DNA of 63,668 bases, counting the filler, from Octopus bimaculoides (Eukaryota): the NCBI RefSeq assembly GCF_001194135.2. It is 8 parts of 7 records of this genome, joined end to end, with 100 filler letters (N's around TTAATTAATTAA, not from the genome) between each part and the next. Parts side by side here need not be neighbours in the genome. Positions count along the whole stretch, not along the records: positions 1 to 21,429 come from NC_068984.1; 7 more parts are not named here. One strand, given 5' to 3'. Below, one piece after another: positions 1 to 13,872 of this stretch. How positions within the stretch are numbered: position 1 is the first letter of the stretch; every line of letters begins with the position of its first letter. The notes below the pieces were generated by a model. It saw only the letters and a program-made list of their open reading frames with translations, ran no database searches and had not been told where the DNA came from. Made by a program: the position numbers and the translations under genes.

Positions 1-119
1 AAAACAACATTCAAAAGCCGTACGGCCAAACGCAAATCTGAGGTAGAACGCTAGTAGTTCGTCTTGCCTTCACAGCGGCTGGAGTGGAAAGAAAGTTGAC
101 CACAGGTCACACGAGAGCA

Positions 120-318
120 GAGAGGATGGTGGAGGGAGGAAATGGAACAAGGAGGAAGGGACAGAAGCAGTGAAGTAGAGGCCAGGACAGAAGGGTAGAT
201 AGGAAGATAGAGGAAGACAGATAGATAAATAGATAGAGAGGATGGTGGAGGGAGGAAGTGGAACAAGGAGGAAGGGACAGAAGGGTATAGCAGTGAAGTA
301 GAGGCCAGGACAGAGGTA
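120..318. repeat. Imperfect direct duplication of an ~80-bp purine-rich unit
   Basis: agaggatggtggagggagga..gaggccaggacaga occurs at ~120-192 and again at ~237-314. Confidence 0.8.
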
Positions 319-539
319 TAGATAGATGTACCCACACACATACATACATACACACACACATGTGTATATGCACACACGCATACAAAAAGTGAGGAATCAT
401 TTGCAAAATTCCAGCTCGCTTTAATGTTATTAAAGGAGTTCAAATAGAGAAAGATTGCACAGTTACATTATACTTCAGGATTCTTCGGATCATATTTTGT
501 GAGGCCCGACCAGTAAAGTTGGCAGGAATGAAAACAGAT

Positions 540-579
<40 letters not shown>

Positions 580-834
580 GTTAAAATAACTGTTGGGTAG
601 CAGAGGCAAATGTAGAAATGAGGAGGAGATGATCGATGCTGTGCAGAACAAACAAGTTGGATTTGGGCAGATACAACAAACATGGATATTCTACCAAAAT
701 AACAATGGGGTGTGAGATAATGTGAAGCAAGAAATTCGCCATGTTGAAAATGTAGGCGTAAAACTAAATCAGTCGGGTTTCTTCAGTCCGACGGCTTTAG
801 TCAGTGCGCATGACATGGACAGTATGGAGATTTA

Positions 835-1059
835 TACGAGGGGGTACTCAAAGGTTCCTGGCTTTGGGTAAAAGAAAATATAGGAGGATCAGTTAATTAT
901 GATTTTATTCAACATATTCCCCACTCAGATTCACACACTTATTGCAGCCCTGTAATAAGTGTAATATTTAAGCCCTGTAAAAGAACTTGGAAGGTTGGGC
1001 CCCCAGCCGGGACATTTAGGATACCCTTAAAGCCAAGAACTTTTCAGCACTTCTTCGTA
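835..1059. mobile_element. Tc1/mariner-type MITE
   Basis: Left end TA|cgagggggtactcaaaggttcctggctttgggta; right end reverse-complements to TA|cgaagaagtgctgaaaagttcttggctttaagggta; TA on both sides. Confidence 0.75.
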
Positions 1060-1149
1060 AGGAAAGGAAGCTATTGTCGAACATGTTGTGAGAAATAGTG
1101 TTAACCAGGTTACCATTCAGTCTTTTGTTTCTAATTACTGAGTCTGTAG

Positions 1150-1406
1150 CAGCGTTTCTCAACTATTTTTTACCCATGGACCCATTTCATTCCTATTTTA
1201 CTCAGCTAAACCCTCCCCACAAGCCATTTTATGCGTAAAAAAATCCCATTATATTTTTATAATTAAATATTAGGAAAATTGTACAAAAAATTGTTGAAAT
1301 ATTTTGTGCATCGTAGAAGTATAACAAATTTATTGCGCATAAACTTTGGCCACAAAATCGTAAATGGACCCCTAAAGGTCATATGGCTCCCAGTTAAGAA
1401 CCACTG
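1150..1406. mobile_element. hAT (Charlie-like) MITE
   Basis: TIRs cagcgtttctcaact / cagttaagaaccactg; 8-bp flanks gtctgtag and atctggaa are a degenerate TSD (5/8 identical). Confidence 0.65.
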
Positions 1407-1689
1407 ATCTGGAAGAAGTAGCATACCCATGTTCCTTGAAGAGACTCCTATACAAGTGAGATTGATGCCATTACTGCTTCAAAATTTGTAAGTCTACAAC
1501 TTCAGGAAAGCCATAAGTGAGGTGGTAGAGGGTTCAGAGAGCCGACGTTCTTAGAAGGAAAGACTTAGTGTTAGCCTAACTTGGGGACACAACAGGAGGT
1601 GATGAAAAGAGGGGGATGTAGTACGGGAATGCCTGAGTGGGGATGGCACATCATGACACAGTCTGTAGAATTGTTTCTTTCGATGCTGA

Positions 1690-1790
1690 AATGCAAGCCC
1701 ATCGACTTATCCAGGTTGATTTTAGTCCCGGCCATCGACTCGCATTATGTCATCCATTTCTACGACGTTGACATCGTTCACATACTTCAA
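1690..1790 (-). pseudogene. Highly decayed L1/Tx1-like RT fragment
   Basis: Minus-strand YVNDVNVV (YADD-like), then after a frameshift ESMAGTKINLDKSMGLHF (G.KIN..KS motif). Confidence 0.35.
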
Positions 1791-3484
1791 CACAACCATT
1801 TCAGGTCCAAGATAAACCTTTATATTTTATGTAACAGCGGCTTGTGAGTCGGCGTATATAAACAATCCAAATCGATCAGAGTTTTCACTTTGTGTGTGTG
1901 TATCGCTGTGGTGAAGATTGTGCATGGATCTGTTCGAGTTTCCACACGCTTTCGATCACCCTGACGACAGGTGTCATCATTTTCCATGAAATCGAAGAAA
2001 ACACTTTAGGATCTTATTTTAAAAGGGATTCATATTGGACATTTTGTAGGTTTACTTCTTGCACGAATGAGGAAACAAGCTTGTTTGAGCCCTGCAAGAG
2101 GTTCCTTGTTTCTTCTTTCCGTCCTTCAGAAAGATTACATACAGTAAACAGAGCAAGACAACCACCAGTCTCGATCTGACAAGGCTGTACCCTCTCGCCT
2201 CATCAGTACGTATTGGTTAGCGTTGGAATAGTTGAGGGGTATATTTTGGAAGTGGAACCCAGGAGGGTCGTGTTTGCTACTAAAGAGGAGATGGCCATCA
2301 GATGCGGTACCATTCTAGAAAAATACGAGTAAGTGGCAGAACCAAAACAAGCTCGGCACCTAAAGAAGTAAGTCCATGCCAGTGAGCAGCGTTATGGAAC
2401 GCTGAACCGACAGATGCGTTGTTCTGTTTGAGGTACGGCTCGGTTACGACTACCAGTTCATCATACAACCTGAGTAAATTGAAGCGCCTGTTTAACTTAC
2501 CGTAGAAAGTTTGTTTCACTACTTAAGTGATCCATCTACTGCCACTCTATATAGAAAGCTAGAGGCGTGCCATGGCTTCTGGTACATATACACGCATCGA
2601 AGATATGTTCCTTGCAGAGATTCTTCGACTGTGACCTGAATTTTTTTACACTAGATTTATGGGAGATTCGGCTGCTTTTTGTAATAGACTGAGCAGTGGT
2701 AGTGTTCGTGGTGTCGAGTCCACAATTTACAGAATCATTTCGAAACTATCAAAAATTTCGATTTCATGTATTTCAGAGAAAAGTCGAACTGGTCAGGTTT
2801 CTTCTCTAAAAAAAATATCATTATGTCTAAAAGGAACTTTGAACTCTGCAGTACAAGACACTGAAACATACATACATACATACATACATACATACATACA
2901 TACATACATACATACATACATGTGTGTGTATGTGTGTGTGTGTATGTGTGTGTGTGTATGTGTGTGTGTGTAATGTTCTATGGAGTACAAAATTACAGTG
3001 AGGCGACGTGCAAAACAAAGGTTGAAATGTGTTACTTATGACTTTACAAGAATGCGAATCGTTGACATCCTCTTGACTCAAATAACTGGAGTAACATGTA
3101 CGTTATAGCATTAGAAAAATATAAAAATGTGTATACGGAGGATTGGCTTGTATCGTATTCATAAGTGTCTCGCATATTTTGAAGAACTGTGTAAACACTC
3201 ACACGCAAAACACATACATATCCACAATACACGTGTATGTATACAAGTACACATACATACTCTCATTTGTGAACTGTAAAGTACGTCAGTCAAAGTTAAC
3301 TATTTTGAGGAAAAAACTTTGTAAATGTATAAAATATATTTAATCATATGTAGTTATGGTACGTTCCCCCACACCCATCCATCCACTGCAATTTCAAATA
3401 GAAGAACAGGAAACTTATTGATGTGAATCAAACTACACACACAAATACACTTGCATATATTACATACATACAAACACATACATA

Positions 3485-3586
3485 CGTCGACCTCAGCAGA
3501 ATTTGAACTCAGAACGTTAAGATGAACTAAATGCCGCTAAGCACTTTGTTCGGCATACTAACGATTCTGCTGATTCGCCGCCTTAG
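3485..3586 (-). mobile_element. SINE family A, 5' part (family labels A, B, R are local to this report)
   Basis: Reverse complement of the head seen at 24896 (aaggcggcga..gcagaatcgttag..gttctgagttcaaatt). Confidence 0.75.
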
Positions 3587-4780
3587 AATAACACAAAATA
3601 GTGTAAGAGAAAAAATTCGACTATATCACTTCAGTAATATTCATACTTATGGCAGAAAATCGTTAGTTATCAGGTAATGGAAGTTGTTTTGCTGAAAATG
3701 GCATGTTTGTGCTTTTGCGTGTGGGTGTATATATGTTTGTACTAGAGTATGTGTGTGTGTATGTATTCTTATGTATGTATATGTCTGATTGTGTGCACGC
3801 TTTTGATTGTTTGTAGGCGTGTGTATGCGTGTGTACAAAGAGAAAGAGAAAGTACATTTTGGGTTGTCTCAGTAAGGTAGACGATAAGCTATCGGCGAGC
3901 CAAGTTCAATTACTTATGGTAATACTTTCACATCACATACGCACTAAATAATTCCTGACAAAGCATGAACGCCATAAAAAAATAAGCCACTGAAATATAC
4001 AATCCAGTTAGCTACAGGTAATTTAATTCAATTGAAGAATAGCCAATCTAAAAGTACAAATATTCTATTATTGACTCTATTTCTAGTTGTTTGCATCTAG
4101 ATACTTGAATGTGTATATATTTACAGTTGAAACGTTTATAGCCCACAAACACACACAAAAGCATGCAATCGCACACGCTAGCACACTAACACGCACACAA
4201 AAGGTATTTGTATCCGAGTCTTCAAAGTTCCATATTTTGTTTGTTCTCTACTTGAAATCGAGCATTGACATTCATCAAGTAGACACTGATGTATGACTCT
4301 ATTTTATGTGTAGAGGGCCTGTCGTACATGCTGTTGACATAGAAGATTTAGCTGTGTTTTACCGCAACATCAGGAAACTCTCCCACTTACAATAATCCGG
4401 ATGAAACTCAGTCTAGGTTGGTCTCAACAATATTTTAATTCAGTTAAGCTAAGTCAATGCATAGCCGCATGGACAAGAAGTTTGCACCGCAGCCACCCAA
4501 ATCCAGGATCGATCCCATTGCACAGCACTAGTCAAGGGTTTTGTGGTGTACTTTTTGGCTGGTTGACGCTTTGTGATTCATGTTTGGTAGACAGAGACTG
4601 TGCAGGAGCTCATTGTTTGTATCTACGAATGTATGCATGTTTTGCATACATGTAGGCGCATGCGTGACACCTTGTGCAAGATTCTTCTATTATAATCTCA
4701 GGCTGACCAGACTTGTTAGTGGATTTTGTAGACGGATACTGAAAGAAGCTTGTCGTATATATATATATATATATATATAT

Positions 4781-7700
4781 ACACGTTTCCAAAAGAAGGA
4801 CCTATCTCTTCAGTCTTTCTTTCTTGTAAAGGAAAACAAGAAGGAGAGAGAAAAATTCACGGAGTCGCTTTTGCTGTAAAATCCAAGTTTGTGAAGGAAC
4901 ACCATCTGAATCCTTCTACCATCAATGAACGGCTTATGACTCTCCGAATACCGATCTCTGCTACCTCTGACACTGATCTCTACTTACGCACCTGCACTTG
5001 ATGCCAATGACAATGTGAAAAATACCTTCTACCAACAGCTGAGTAACCTGACCCTCAATGTACCACCAAATGACAAGCTCCTCCTCTTCGGAAATTTCAA
5101 TGCAAGAGTGGGGAAAGACAACAGACTATGGGAGAATGTTATTAACAGAGAAGGAGTCGGAAACTGCAATGAAAATGAACTCTTGCTCCTTGGGCTGTGC
5201 GTTGAGCACTCTCTCTTCATCACCAACACCCAATTTCGACTTCCAAATCGCATCAAGACCACATGGAAGCATCCCAGTTCGAAACACTGGCATCTCCTGG
5301 ACTGCTCCATCATCCGGCAACGAGACAAAAGAAACGCCCTCATCACGCAATCGGCTAATAGCGTTGACGATTGCTGAACAGACCATCACCCGCCTTCGAA
5401 TAAGGGTTAACAGCAAACCAAAGACTGGAAGAACAAAACTAGTCAGAAGAAAATTTGATATAGCGAAGCTTAACAACCTAGAGATCAGCTCCTTTATGTA
5501 TCTTCCATTCTCAAACACCTTCAATCCATCCCATCTGACAACCAGGATATGAATAAGGAAAGGATCACACTTCGAAAAACAATCACTGAAGTGGCTGAAC
5601 ACACCCTCGGGTACAGCAAAAGGCTTGATGACAATGATCATGCAATCAGCCAGCTGATCGATGCAAAACGGCAAGCCTGCTTCTCTCTTGAGCAAGATCC
5701 AAGATCGCAGCACAAGAAGGTGAGATATCATGACCTTAAAGACAATGCCAAACAAAATTGAGAGAGATGCAGAACAACTGGTGGCAACAAAAAGCCGTTG
5801 AACTCCAAGGGTATGCTGACACCCGTGACTTCAGACGTGAACTCAGAAACTTTTTGGGCCCGTTAGATCATCAGCATGGTCATCAATCAGATTGATGCCC
5901 GTGAGATCATCAATCAGTAGACGCCAACACCATCCTGACTGACCCACAAGATATCGTTCAACGTTAGAGAGAGCACTTCTCGAGTCTTCTGAACCAAGGC
6001 TCCAACGCGGTGAAAGACTTTTTGAAGAACGTGCCGTGCCCATGCATCAAACTCGACACTGGATGAACACGCCACCATCCTACAAAGAGTACCAGACTAC
6101 CTGCAACCGCATGAAGCAGCAGAAGTCCCCCAGTCCAGACAACATCCCAATGGAGCTTCTAAAACATGGTGGACTACTATTAAACACCAGTCAGTTCACA
6201 TTGATTTTCCGAATGTGAAAGAACCGCCATGTTCCCAAAGACCTCGAAGATGCTGTTATCATCGCCATCTTCAAAAAGAGACAGAACGATGTGGGAACTA
6301 TAGTGACATCTCACTGGTCTCCAATGTAGAGAAAATCTTTGCAAGGCTCCTTCTAGATCGTCTCCAAGTCATCGCGGAGGAAGTCCTGCCCGAATCACAA
6401 TGTCCAGAGGGACAACTGACATGATCTTTTGTGCTCGGCAAATACAAAAAAATAGTGGGGAACAACAAAAACCTCTCTATTTTGTTTTCTACGACCTCGA
6501 AAAAGCCTTTGATACAGTCCCAAGGCCTGCTGTGTGGAAGGTCCTCCGACGCTTCGGCTGCCCAATCAGTTCATTTTCCTAGTACAGGGATTATATGACG
6601 ATATGACTGGAATCATCTTCCATCAAAACCAACTGTCTGAAGACATTCCCATCACTGGATGATTAAAACAAGGATGGGTTTTGGCCTCGGCGCTCTTCCC
6701 CTTGTACCTTGCAGCTATATTTCATGAACTGCCTTCGGGTAATCCAGGAGCCAACGTTAGGTACCGATATGACAGGGGATGTTTCAACCTTCCCTGATTG
6801 AAATCACAAAGACTGACTAGGAAGCAAAAGATCACTGAACTTCAGTATGCTGATGAGAACGAAGCGGTCTGCCACTCCAGTGAACAGCTTCAACAATTGG
6901 TGAATAACTTCGTCAATGCTTACACTCAGTTTGGCCTAAAAGTCAACATCAAAAAGACAAAAATCCTGGCATAACCCGTTCTGAGCTAGAAAACTCCAGA
7001 CCTCAACGTTACCATCTCCGAGACGCCACTGGAGAAAGTCGACCACTTTTCATACTTTGGGAAGTTTGCTTTCGAACAAGTGTACATCGGAAAAGGAGAA
7101 CTGATTAAGGGCGGCTCACACCGGGTTTGATGGAAAAAGGGTCCTTAAGAATAAAGATCTGAACCACCAAACAAAATTGTCGTGATCTCTACCCCCCTCT
7201 ACAGTTGTGAAACCTGGACTTTTTACCGAAGTGACTTCAAAAAACTAGAGCGATTTCACCAACAGAAGCTCCGCTCTATTATGAATATCAGATGGAATGA
7301 CTATGTGACCGATGTCTCCGTTTTGGAGAGAACAAAAAGCAGCTGCAAGGCCACCATCCTGAAACATCGTCTGAGATGGGCGGGTCACGTAGCAAGAATG
7401 AAAGAGACCGGCTGCCTTGTCAAATTTTATATGGTGAACTTTCGTCCGGAAGAAGACTCCGTGGATGTCCCCTCCGTCGATAGAACGATCAGCCGAAGCA
7501 AAGCCTAAAACTGACTGAAATCGATCCCAAAGCCTGGGATATTGAAGCTCAGGGCAGGCTTGGTTGGCATCATTCCATCCCCACTGTGATAGATCATTTT
7601 GAAGCTGAACGACAGAGGAAAGAAGAGAAACGACAAGAAAGAAAATGGAGGCTGCAACAAACAAAACCTCCACCACGGATCCCGGATCCCTTGTGAACTT

Positions 7701-7790
7701 CGCAATAGACATGCAAGAATCGGCCTCTTTCGTCATCAGAGGCATAAATACGGACAGAGGGGAAGAAGCGGTCAAGAAGAAGCCAAATAA
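4781..7790 (+). mobile_element. Near full-length decayed RTE (BovB-like) LINE ORF2: APE endonuclease, RT and C-terminal zinc finger
   Basis: Broken frames give GVAFAVKS, GNFNARVG, TWKHPSSKHWHLLD, KSPSPDNIPMELLK, FYDLEKAFDTVPR, LQYADEN, LYSCETWT, HRLRWAGHVARM, ARIGLFRHQRH; many stops and frameshifts. Confidence 0.93.
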
Positions 7791-7819
7791 TCGGACACAC
7801 GATAAAACGCCGCCGACGA

Positions 7820-8048
7820 TACATACATGTGTATGTGTGTGTGTTTGTCCCCCACCCCGCTTGACAACCGATGCTGGTGAGTTTACGTCCCCGTAACTTA
7901 GCAGTTCGGCAAAAGAGACCGATAAAATAAGTATCAGGCTTTAAAAAATAAGTACCACAAGGGTCGACACATTCGATTAAAAATTCTTCAAAGCGGGCCT
8001 CAGCATGGCCGCAGTCTAATGAGTGAAACAAGTAAAAGATAAAAGATA
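7820..8048 (+). mobile_element. SINE family B, 3' half
   Basis: cgcttgacaaccgatgctggt..cagcatggccgcagtc..gaaacaagtaaaagataaaaga shared with 32265, 33855 and 49010. Confidence 0.8.
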
Positions 8049-8299
8049 GATGTTTTCCTGCTCTTTTTTTTTTTCCAAATCTCTTCTTAGTGAAGTAAGA
8101 GTGGGTTTCTCGGCATTTTCATAGGAATTTCGACAGTATCATCAGAGAAGTTTTGTAAAATGAGAAAACATACACGAATGTATGATTTCCTGTTTTATGT
8201 TTCTAATTTCTCATCTATGAAGAAAGAGTTGGCACCTAGCCTGGGAAAAAGACTCTTTCATTGGAATTTAAACTATACCGTCTGCGTTTCCACATATGT

Positions 8300-8455
8300 A
8301 GGCACAGGCGCGGCTGTTTGGTAAAAAGTTTGCTTTCCAACAATATCATTACAGGTTCAGTCCCACTGGGTGGTACCTTGGTCTTATACTATAGCTTCGG
8401 GTCGACCAAGGCCTTGTGGGATTAGGTAGACAGAAATTGAAAGAAGACCGTTGCG
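8300..8455 (+). mobile_element. SINE family B, tRNA-like head
   Basis: aggcacaggcgcggctgtttggtaa..ggttcagtcccactg..gaaagaagaccg, homologous to 40422 and 42478. Confidence 0.7.
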
Positions 8456-8505
8456 TATGTATGTATGTATGTATGTATGTATGTATGTATGTATGTTTGT
8501 ATGTT

Positions 8506-8545
<40 letters not shown>

Positions 8546-8577
8546 TGTGTGTGTGTGTGGCCCAGCAACAGGCGCAC

Positions 8578-8745
8578 TAAATATGTTATCACTCGTTCAT
8601 CTACGTCCAATAATGAACAAAAACGGTGTATAGGCATAACAGAAAGGCAAATCTAAGGTACGACCAAAGAACCATACTGTTACATTCAATGCATTGAACA
8701 GAGAAACGCCATAGAATTATGAAGTCGTATCTGGAGCATATGGAA
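8578..8745 (+). pseudogene. Penelope-like element GIY-YIG endonuclease fragment
   Basis: KYVITRSSTSNNEQKRCIGITE / KSKVRPKNHTVTFN / QRNAIEL*SRIW across frameshifts, resembling the YIG.TE...K.R..NH...F...NATELS..IW pattern. Confidence 0.55.
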
Positions 8746-9823
8746 GCAACTTAGCCATGAATGGGTGATTGGGTGTAGGATGACCTTCTGATGGAAGTCC
8801 GAGAGGATTTGTTTCAGGTGCCCGACATTACGAAATTAAAGGGATTCATAAATTCGTATTCATGATTCGAATTCTTTCGTTACGTGCGTACTTCGCTCTT
8901 GATATCAATAGGATATTCCTTCCTTTCTTCTCGTTTCCAATACAAATCGAATGATTTCCTTGACGTTTATCGAGATGCATTCAATTCTTTTTCCACATTC
9001 TTTCTTTTTTCCGTTATAAACTTTCCTTCATACGACGCCCGTTATTTGGTTATACCTTTGGGTTAATCACGACTTTAACAAATCTATTTCCATACATTTC
9101 ATGAAATATCTAGATAAATGAGTTTATTTGTTAGAATGTCGATCCTTTCATGTTGTTCTGTATAGCCACAGAGTGATAGCTATCTAGGGATGCCAATCTT
9201 TGGTTCTGGGCCACTCCAGTCTTCTTCTGATGGCAACAGGACCTGGTTGAGTGCGAAGACAGATAACAAATCCTTGAATACTGTGAGATCATTCCTGGTT
9301 CCGAGTTGTATCTATTAGCTAACTGGCTGTTACCGATTCGCGATACTGCCTAACTTTACAACCTACTTTTGAGCGATGGAATTCCACCAGCTCTTGAAAA
9401 CACTTCTGCAAATCAGGCTGTAAGAAACAGGACATCTTGAGGGTATTTCTTGTGTAATTCTTTCACATTGTTTCTACTGCCTTCTCATACTCTTATCTTA
9501 CCTTTCTGAGAACTCACGCCGTCTTTCCGAATCTTTAGTATGTCATTCCAAAGTACCCATAGTTCTTTCCTGATAGTCTTGTCAGACAATATTTTATATG
9601 TAACTTGATCTTCATTCGCCAGCTGTCGATTGAATATCACACCGATTTTTACCCTTCCATACAGTCACGTTCAACATTAATGTTAGCCAAGAATGTCCGG
9701 CGTTTCGTACATGCTGTGGTACCATTTTCTTCCCTTCTCGTTGCAGATAGCACACTCATCCGGGTGAAGTTGTGACCAATCCTGCCATGTAACAACTATT
9801 TTGCTTTAATACACACTGAGGTT

Positions 9824-9895
<72 letters not shown>

Positions 9896-10634
9896 TTTTT
9901 TCTTTCTTTCTTGCTTTCTGTTTTCCTTTCTTTTTCTTTTATTTTAGTTTTAGCTTTCAGTTTTGGCCTTTCTCTCACATTCGTCTGCCATATCCATTAT
10001 GAAGCATTTTCTGCTTCTCTCTCCAGTTCACAAATCACTGCTCCGCTGCCCATCCTAAGTGCAACGAGTGTCAGAAAGGCATTTGTTCCGTTTTACAGTC
10101 TCGGACACCTTCTATCATCTAATTGCAATATCAACAAGCTATTTCGTCTCCCACCTAACTACCATCCACTCAATAAATAAATAGACATGACAACCCCAAG
10201 AGACTTAACAGAAATTATCAAAATCGTATATTTTTCTTCTATTAATCTTCTGCTTATGGCTGTCATATTGAGGCGACATGCTCTATGTCTTGACCCTCTC
10301 GCATCGTTAACTAAAAATGTTGGCTGCCAAAACAGGACGGTAATTTTCATTTGCTTCCAGTCATTAAATATCATGCTTTCTTGGCCTAAAAGTAGGTATG
10401 AACACTGAAAATGAACATAAAATATATTCATACAACCCCCCCCCCACACACANNNNNNNNNNATGAACATAAAATATATTCATACAACCCCCCCCCCACA
10501 CACACACACACTAACATACACTCACACCCACCCGTGATTATATTTCTATGCTTCGTCATGTCTCTCTCTCTCATCCTTTCTCTCTCCCACATTCTTTCCC
10601 TTTCTCACTCTCTCCCACACTCTTTCCCTTTCTT

Positions 10635-10680
<46 letters not shown>

Positions 10681-11727
10681 CCTCCCTCTCTCCCAATCTC
10701 TGTCAGTCTCTCTCTATTTCTGTGTCTTTATTTCCCTTATCACTATGAAGAAAAGTATGTAAGATTCTATTAAAATGTGTTCCCGAACCGGCAATGATTT
10801 TAGGTGAAGACTATTCAATGCAGCAAAGGTACTCTTCAACAAAAGCACGAATGTCACATATCCTTTTCCAGATTTACAAATCTGTGAGCTTTCCGAATGT
10901 TAAAAACAAAGGAANNNNNNNNNNNNNNNNNNNNNNNNNNNNNNNNNNNNNNNNNNNNNNNNNNNNNNNNNNNNNNNNNNNNNNNNNNNNNNNNNNNNNN
11001 NNNNNNNNNNNNNNNNNNNNNNNNNNNNNNNNNNNNNNNNNNNNNNNNNNNNNNNNNNNNNNNNNNNNNNNNNNNNNNNNNNNNNNNNNNNNNNNNNNNN
11101 NNNNNNNNNNNNNNNNNNNNNNNNNNNNNNNNNNNNNNNNNNNNNNNNNNNNNNNNNNNNNNNNNNNNNNNNNNNNNNNNNNNNNNNNNNNNNNNNNNNN
11201 NNNNNNNNNNNNNNNNNNNNNNNNNNNNNNNNNNNNNNNNNNNNNNNNNNNNNNNNNNNNNNNNNNNNNNNNNNNNNNNNNNNNNNNNNNNNNNNNNNNN
11301 NNNNNNNNNNNNNNNNNNNNNNNNNNNNNNNNNNNNNNNNNNNNNNNNNNNNNNNNNNNNNNNNNNNNNNNNNNNNNNNNNNNNNNNNNNNNNNNNNNNN
11401 NNNNNNNNNNNNNNNNNNNNNNNNNNNNNNNNNNNNNNNNNNNNNNNNNNNNNNNNNNNNNNNNNNNNNNNNNNNNNNNNNNNNNNNNNNNNNNNNNNNN
11501 NNNNNNNNNNNNNNNNNNNNNNNNNNNNNNNNNNNNNNNNNNNNNNNNNNNNNNNNNNNNNNNNNNNNNNNNNNNNNNNNNNNNNNNNNNNNNNNNNNNN
11601 NNNNNNNNNNNNNNNNNNNNNNNNNNNNNNNNNNNNNNNNNNNNNNNNNNNNNNNNNNNNNNNNNNNNNNNNNNNNNNNNNNNNNNNNNNNNNNNNNNNN
11701 NNNNNNNNNNNNNNNNNNNNNNNNNNN

Positions 11728-11760
<33 letters not shown>

Positions 11761-12627
11761 TTAGTTTCATATCTTTGTATGTGTATGTGTATTTGCGCAA
11801 GTGAGCGCAAGTGAGCGCATGCGTGTGTGAGAGATTGGCGAGACGAAATATTTTGTTCGCTTCATATCGTTACTATTGTAGTTTAGCCACAAAAAAATTC
11901 CAACGGTGACCTTCCTATCTTGTTTATCAGATACATAAGTATCATTCAAATACGCAGTGGAGTACAAGTTTAGCGAGATTTCACAACTATTTCTTGCAGT
12001 TGAGGTACTGTGTAAAAGATTCCTTCGGTAAAACATCCCATACATGAGTGAGCCGTCGGTTATAGTTTTAAAGCCTCTTGCGTCTATCATATATTTCAAA
12101 ATTAAACGAAATATTTCCTGACTTCTAGCCTCATGTCCCATGCAGTTATTAGTTCCGATTAATAGAAAGGATAGTCTCTACACACTGATAAGTTTATCTT
12201 CCGCTCATGCTATCTATTAAAGAAATTAGCATTTTTCTGCACTGGTTCAACTTTGGACTGTTTGTACGGAAGATGAATGTAGAAACCTAAAATACCAACA
12301 ACTTCACAATTTTTCGTAAAGATAATCAGATCCATGTGTTCAACATATTTTACTACTAGAAGAAGAGATGGCATGTATGCGGTTACTCGACCAGTTAAAA
12401 ATAGAAGATAAGCTTCTTTCTTGCTGAAAAACATGATGAATAAAGCTAAGAGAAAATACCTCAGATAAGCTTTCTGCTAGTAGGATATTCCATACATAGT
12501 AGGAGTGGACAGTAGGACAAATCTTCAGACGAATAACTCCAGTCAAACAAATATTTTAGTCCGTTAGTTCCTAATACTCTAAGGGACTCAGACCCACCTA
12601 ATTCATAACTCTTGCTCGTTTCAAAAT

Positions 12628-12712
12628 GCTACCTTTACTGGCGATTGAACCTGGAATCTTCGGGTGTTCTTATTTCCCAGAACTGTGGTGCATACCGCTC
12701 GGCCACGAAAGC
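12628..12712 (-). mobile_element. tRNA-derived SINE head (not an intact tRNA)
   Basis: Minus strand gctttcgTGGCCGAGCGGta..ccaGGTTCAATCgcc carries A-box and B-box motifs, but there is no clean cloverleaf. Confidence 0.45.
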
Positions 12713-13110
12713 AACCAAAAGAACATGCACTGTGGATCTATTTCAACCTGGGTTTCCCTCCTAAAATAGCAAATTGCAAAACTTCGATAAACTGAAGATA
12801 TCTTAGCAATTTGTAGACAAAAAGTCATTCTACGAGAATTATCTCTCCATTTGATAGAAATATTTGTACGATATAAACAATAAAGAATAGAGTGGATGTA
12901 GTCTTTAAATTTTACTGCTAGAAGTAGTGAACATGTTTCGATCTAACTAGACCACGTCGGCGAAATATATTCTACGCAAGAAAATCTAAACCTGGATATA
13001 ATACGCCATATAATAAGACATGATGGTCACGATGGAAACACTGGAAGAACAACGAAAACTGGAGCAACGGCAAATGGTTTCTCCATCAAGCATGGAATGA
13101 AACCAATATG

Positions 13111-13442
13111 TACGAGGGTGAGTCAAAAAGTAATTCCATTTTGTTTAGGACAGGTATAATTACCAACACAGGAATATGTATCATACATCAAAATGAAGCT
13201 GGTTCTCAGTGGATCACTGTAGTGAAGAAGTGGCTCAAAGAACAGTCAATAGAATTTTACGGGCATGGATACATGCTCTCATTCGAAGGTGGAACATTAT
13301 TGAGAGAAACAGTGACTATGTTGAGAAGTAGGGATGTGATCCACAGAGAACCAGCCTCATTTTGACGTATGATACATGTTCCTGTGTTGGTAATTATACC
13401 TGTCCTAAATAAAATGGCATTACTTTTTGACTCACTCTCGTA
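13111..13442 (+). mobile_element. Internally deleted mariner element (MITE) with 105-bp TIRs
   Basis: TA TSD; TIRs 13113-13217 and 13336-13440; the spacer encodes the transposase C-terminus VKKWLKEQSIEFY / AWIHALIRRWNIIERNSDYVEK*. Confidence 0.9.
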
Positions 13443-13781
13443 TCTGAAATAACGCCGTCAAAGAACAACCATAACAACATCAACAACATAACTGTAACAA
13501 ATTGTGTACACAACTGCATTGAGAGAATGAAAAATCAGTAGAATTCTATATTCTATCGTCGTTTTTATAGCTTAATGCTTATTTCACATACATACGTACA
13601 AACACATACACGCAAAAATAATGGTTTTTAGTATTCGTTTTTCTATCTATTTTGTTACAAGTATTTGTATTTTTCATGCTTGTGGAATTAGTACGTTTGT
13701 AAAAACACGCTTCTCCAACGCTATGTACTTTATACATTCTATACACTAATATGCGCATCGAGACTATTTGGTTTGCTTCGT

Positions 13782-13872
<91 letters not shown>

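Noticed and set aside
2183-2206. Minus-strand CTGATGA GGC..GCC
   Set aside because: No GAAA half; only a fragment resembling the 17933-17978 family.
11767-12141. 124-aa minus-strand ORF
   Set aside because: No recognisable domain or splice signals, and it ends in microsatellite; a chance ORF cannot be excluded.
12628-12712. Possible tRNA gene
   Set aside because: A and B boxes are present but the acceptor and anticodon stems do not pair; treated as a SINE head.
12920-12975. Minus-strand stem-GAAACATGTT with palindromic CATG loop
   Set aside because: Upstream core reads CCGACGT (two mismatches) and helix I does not pair.
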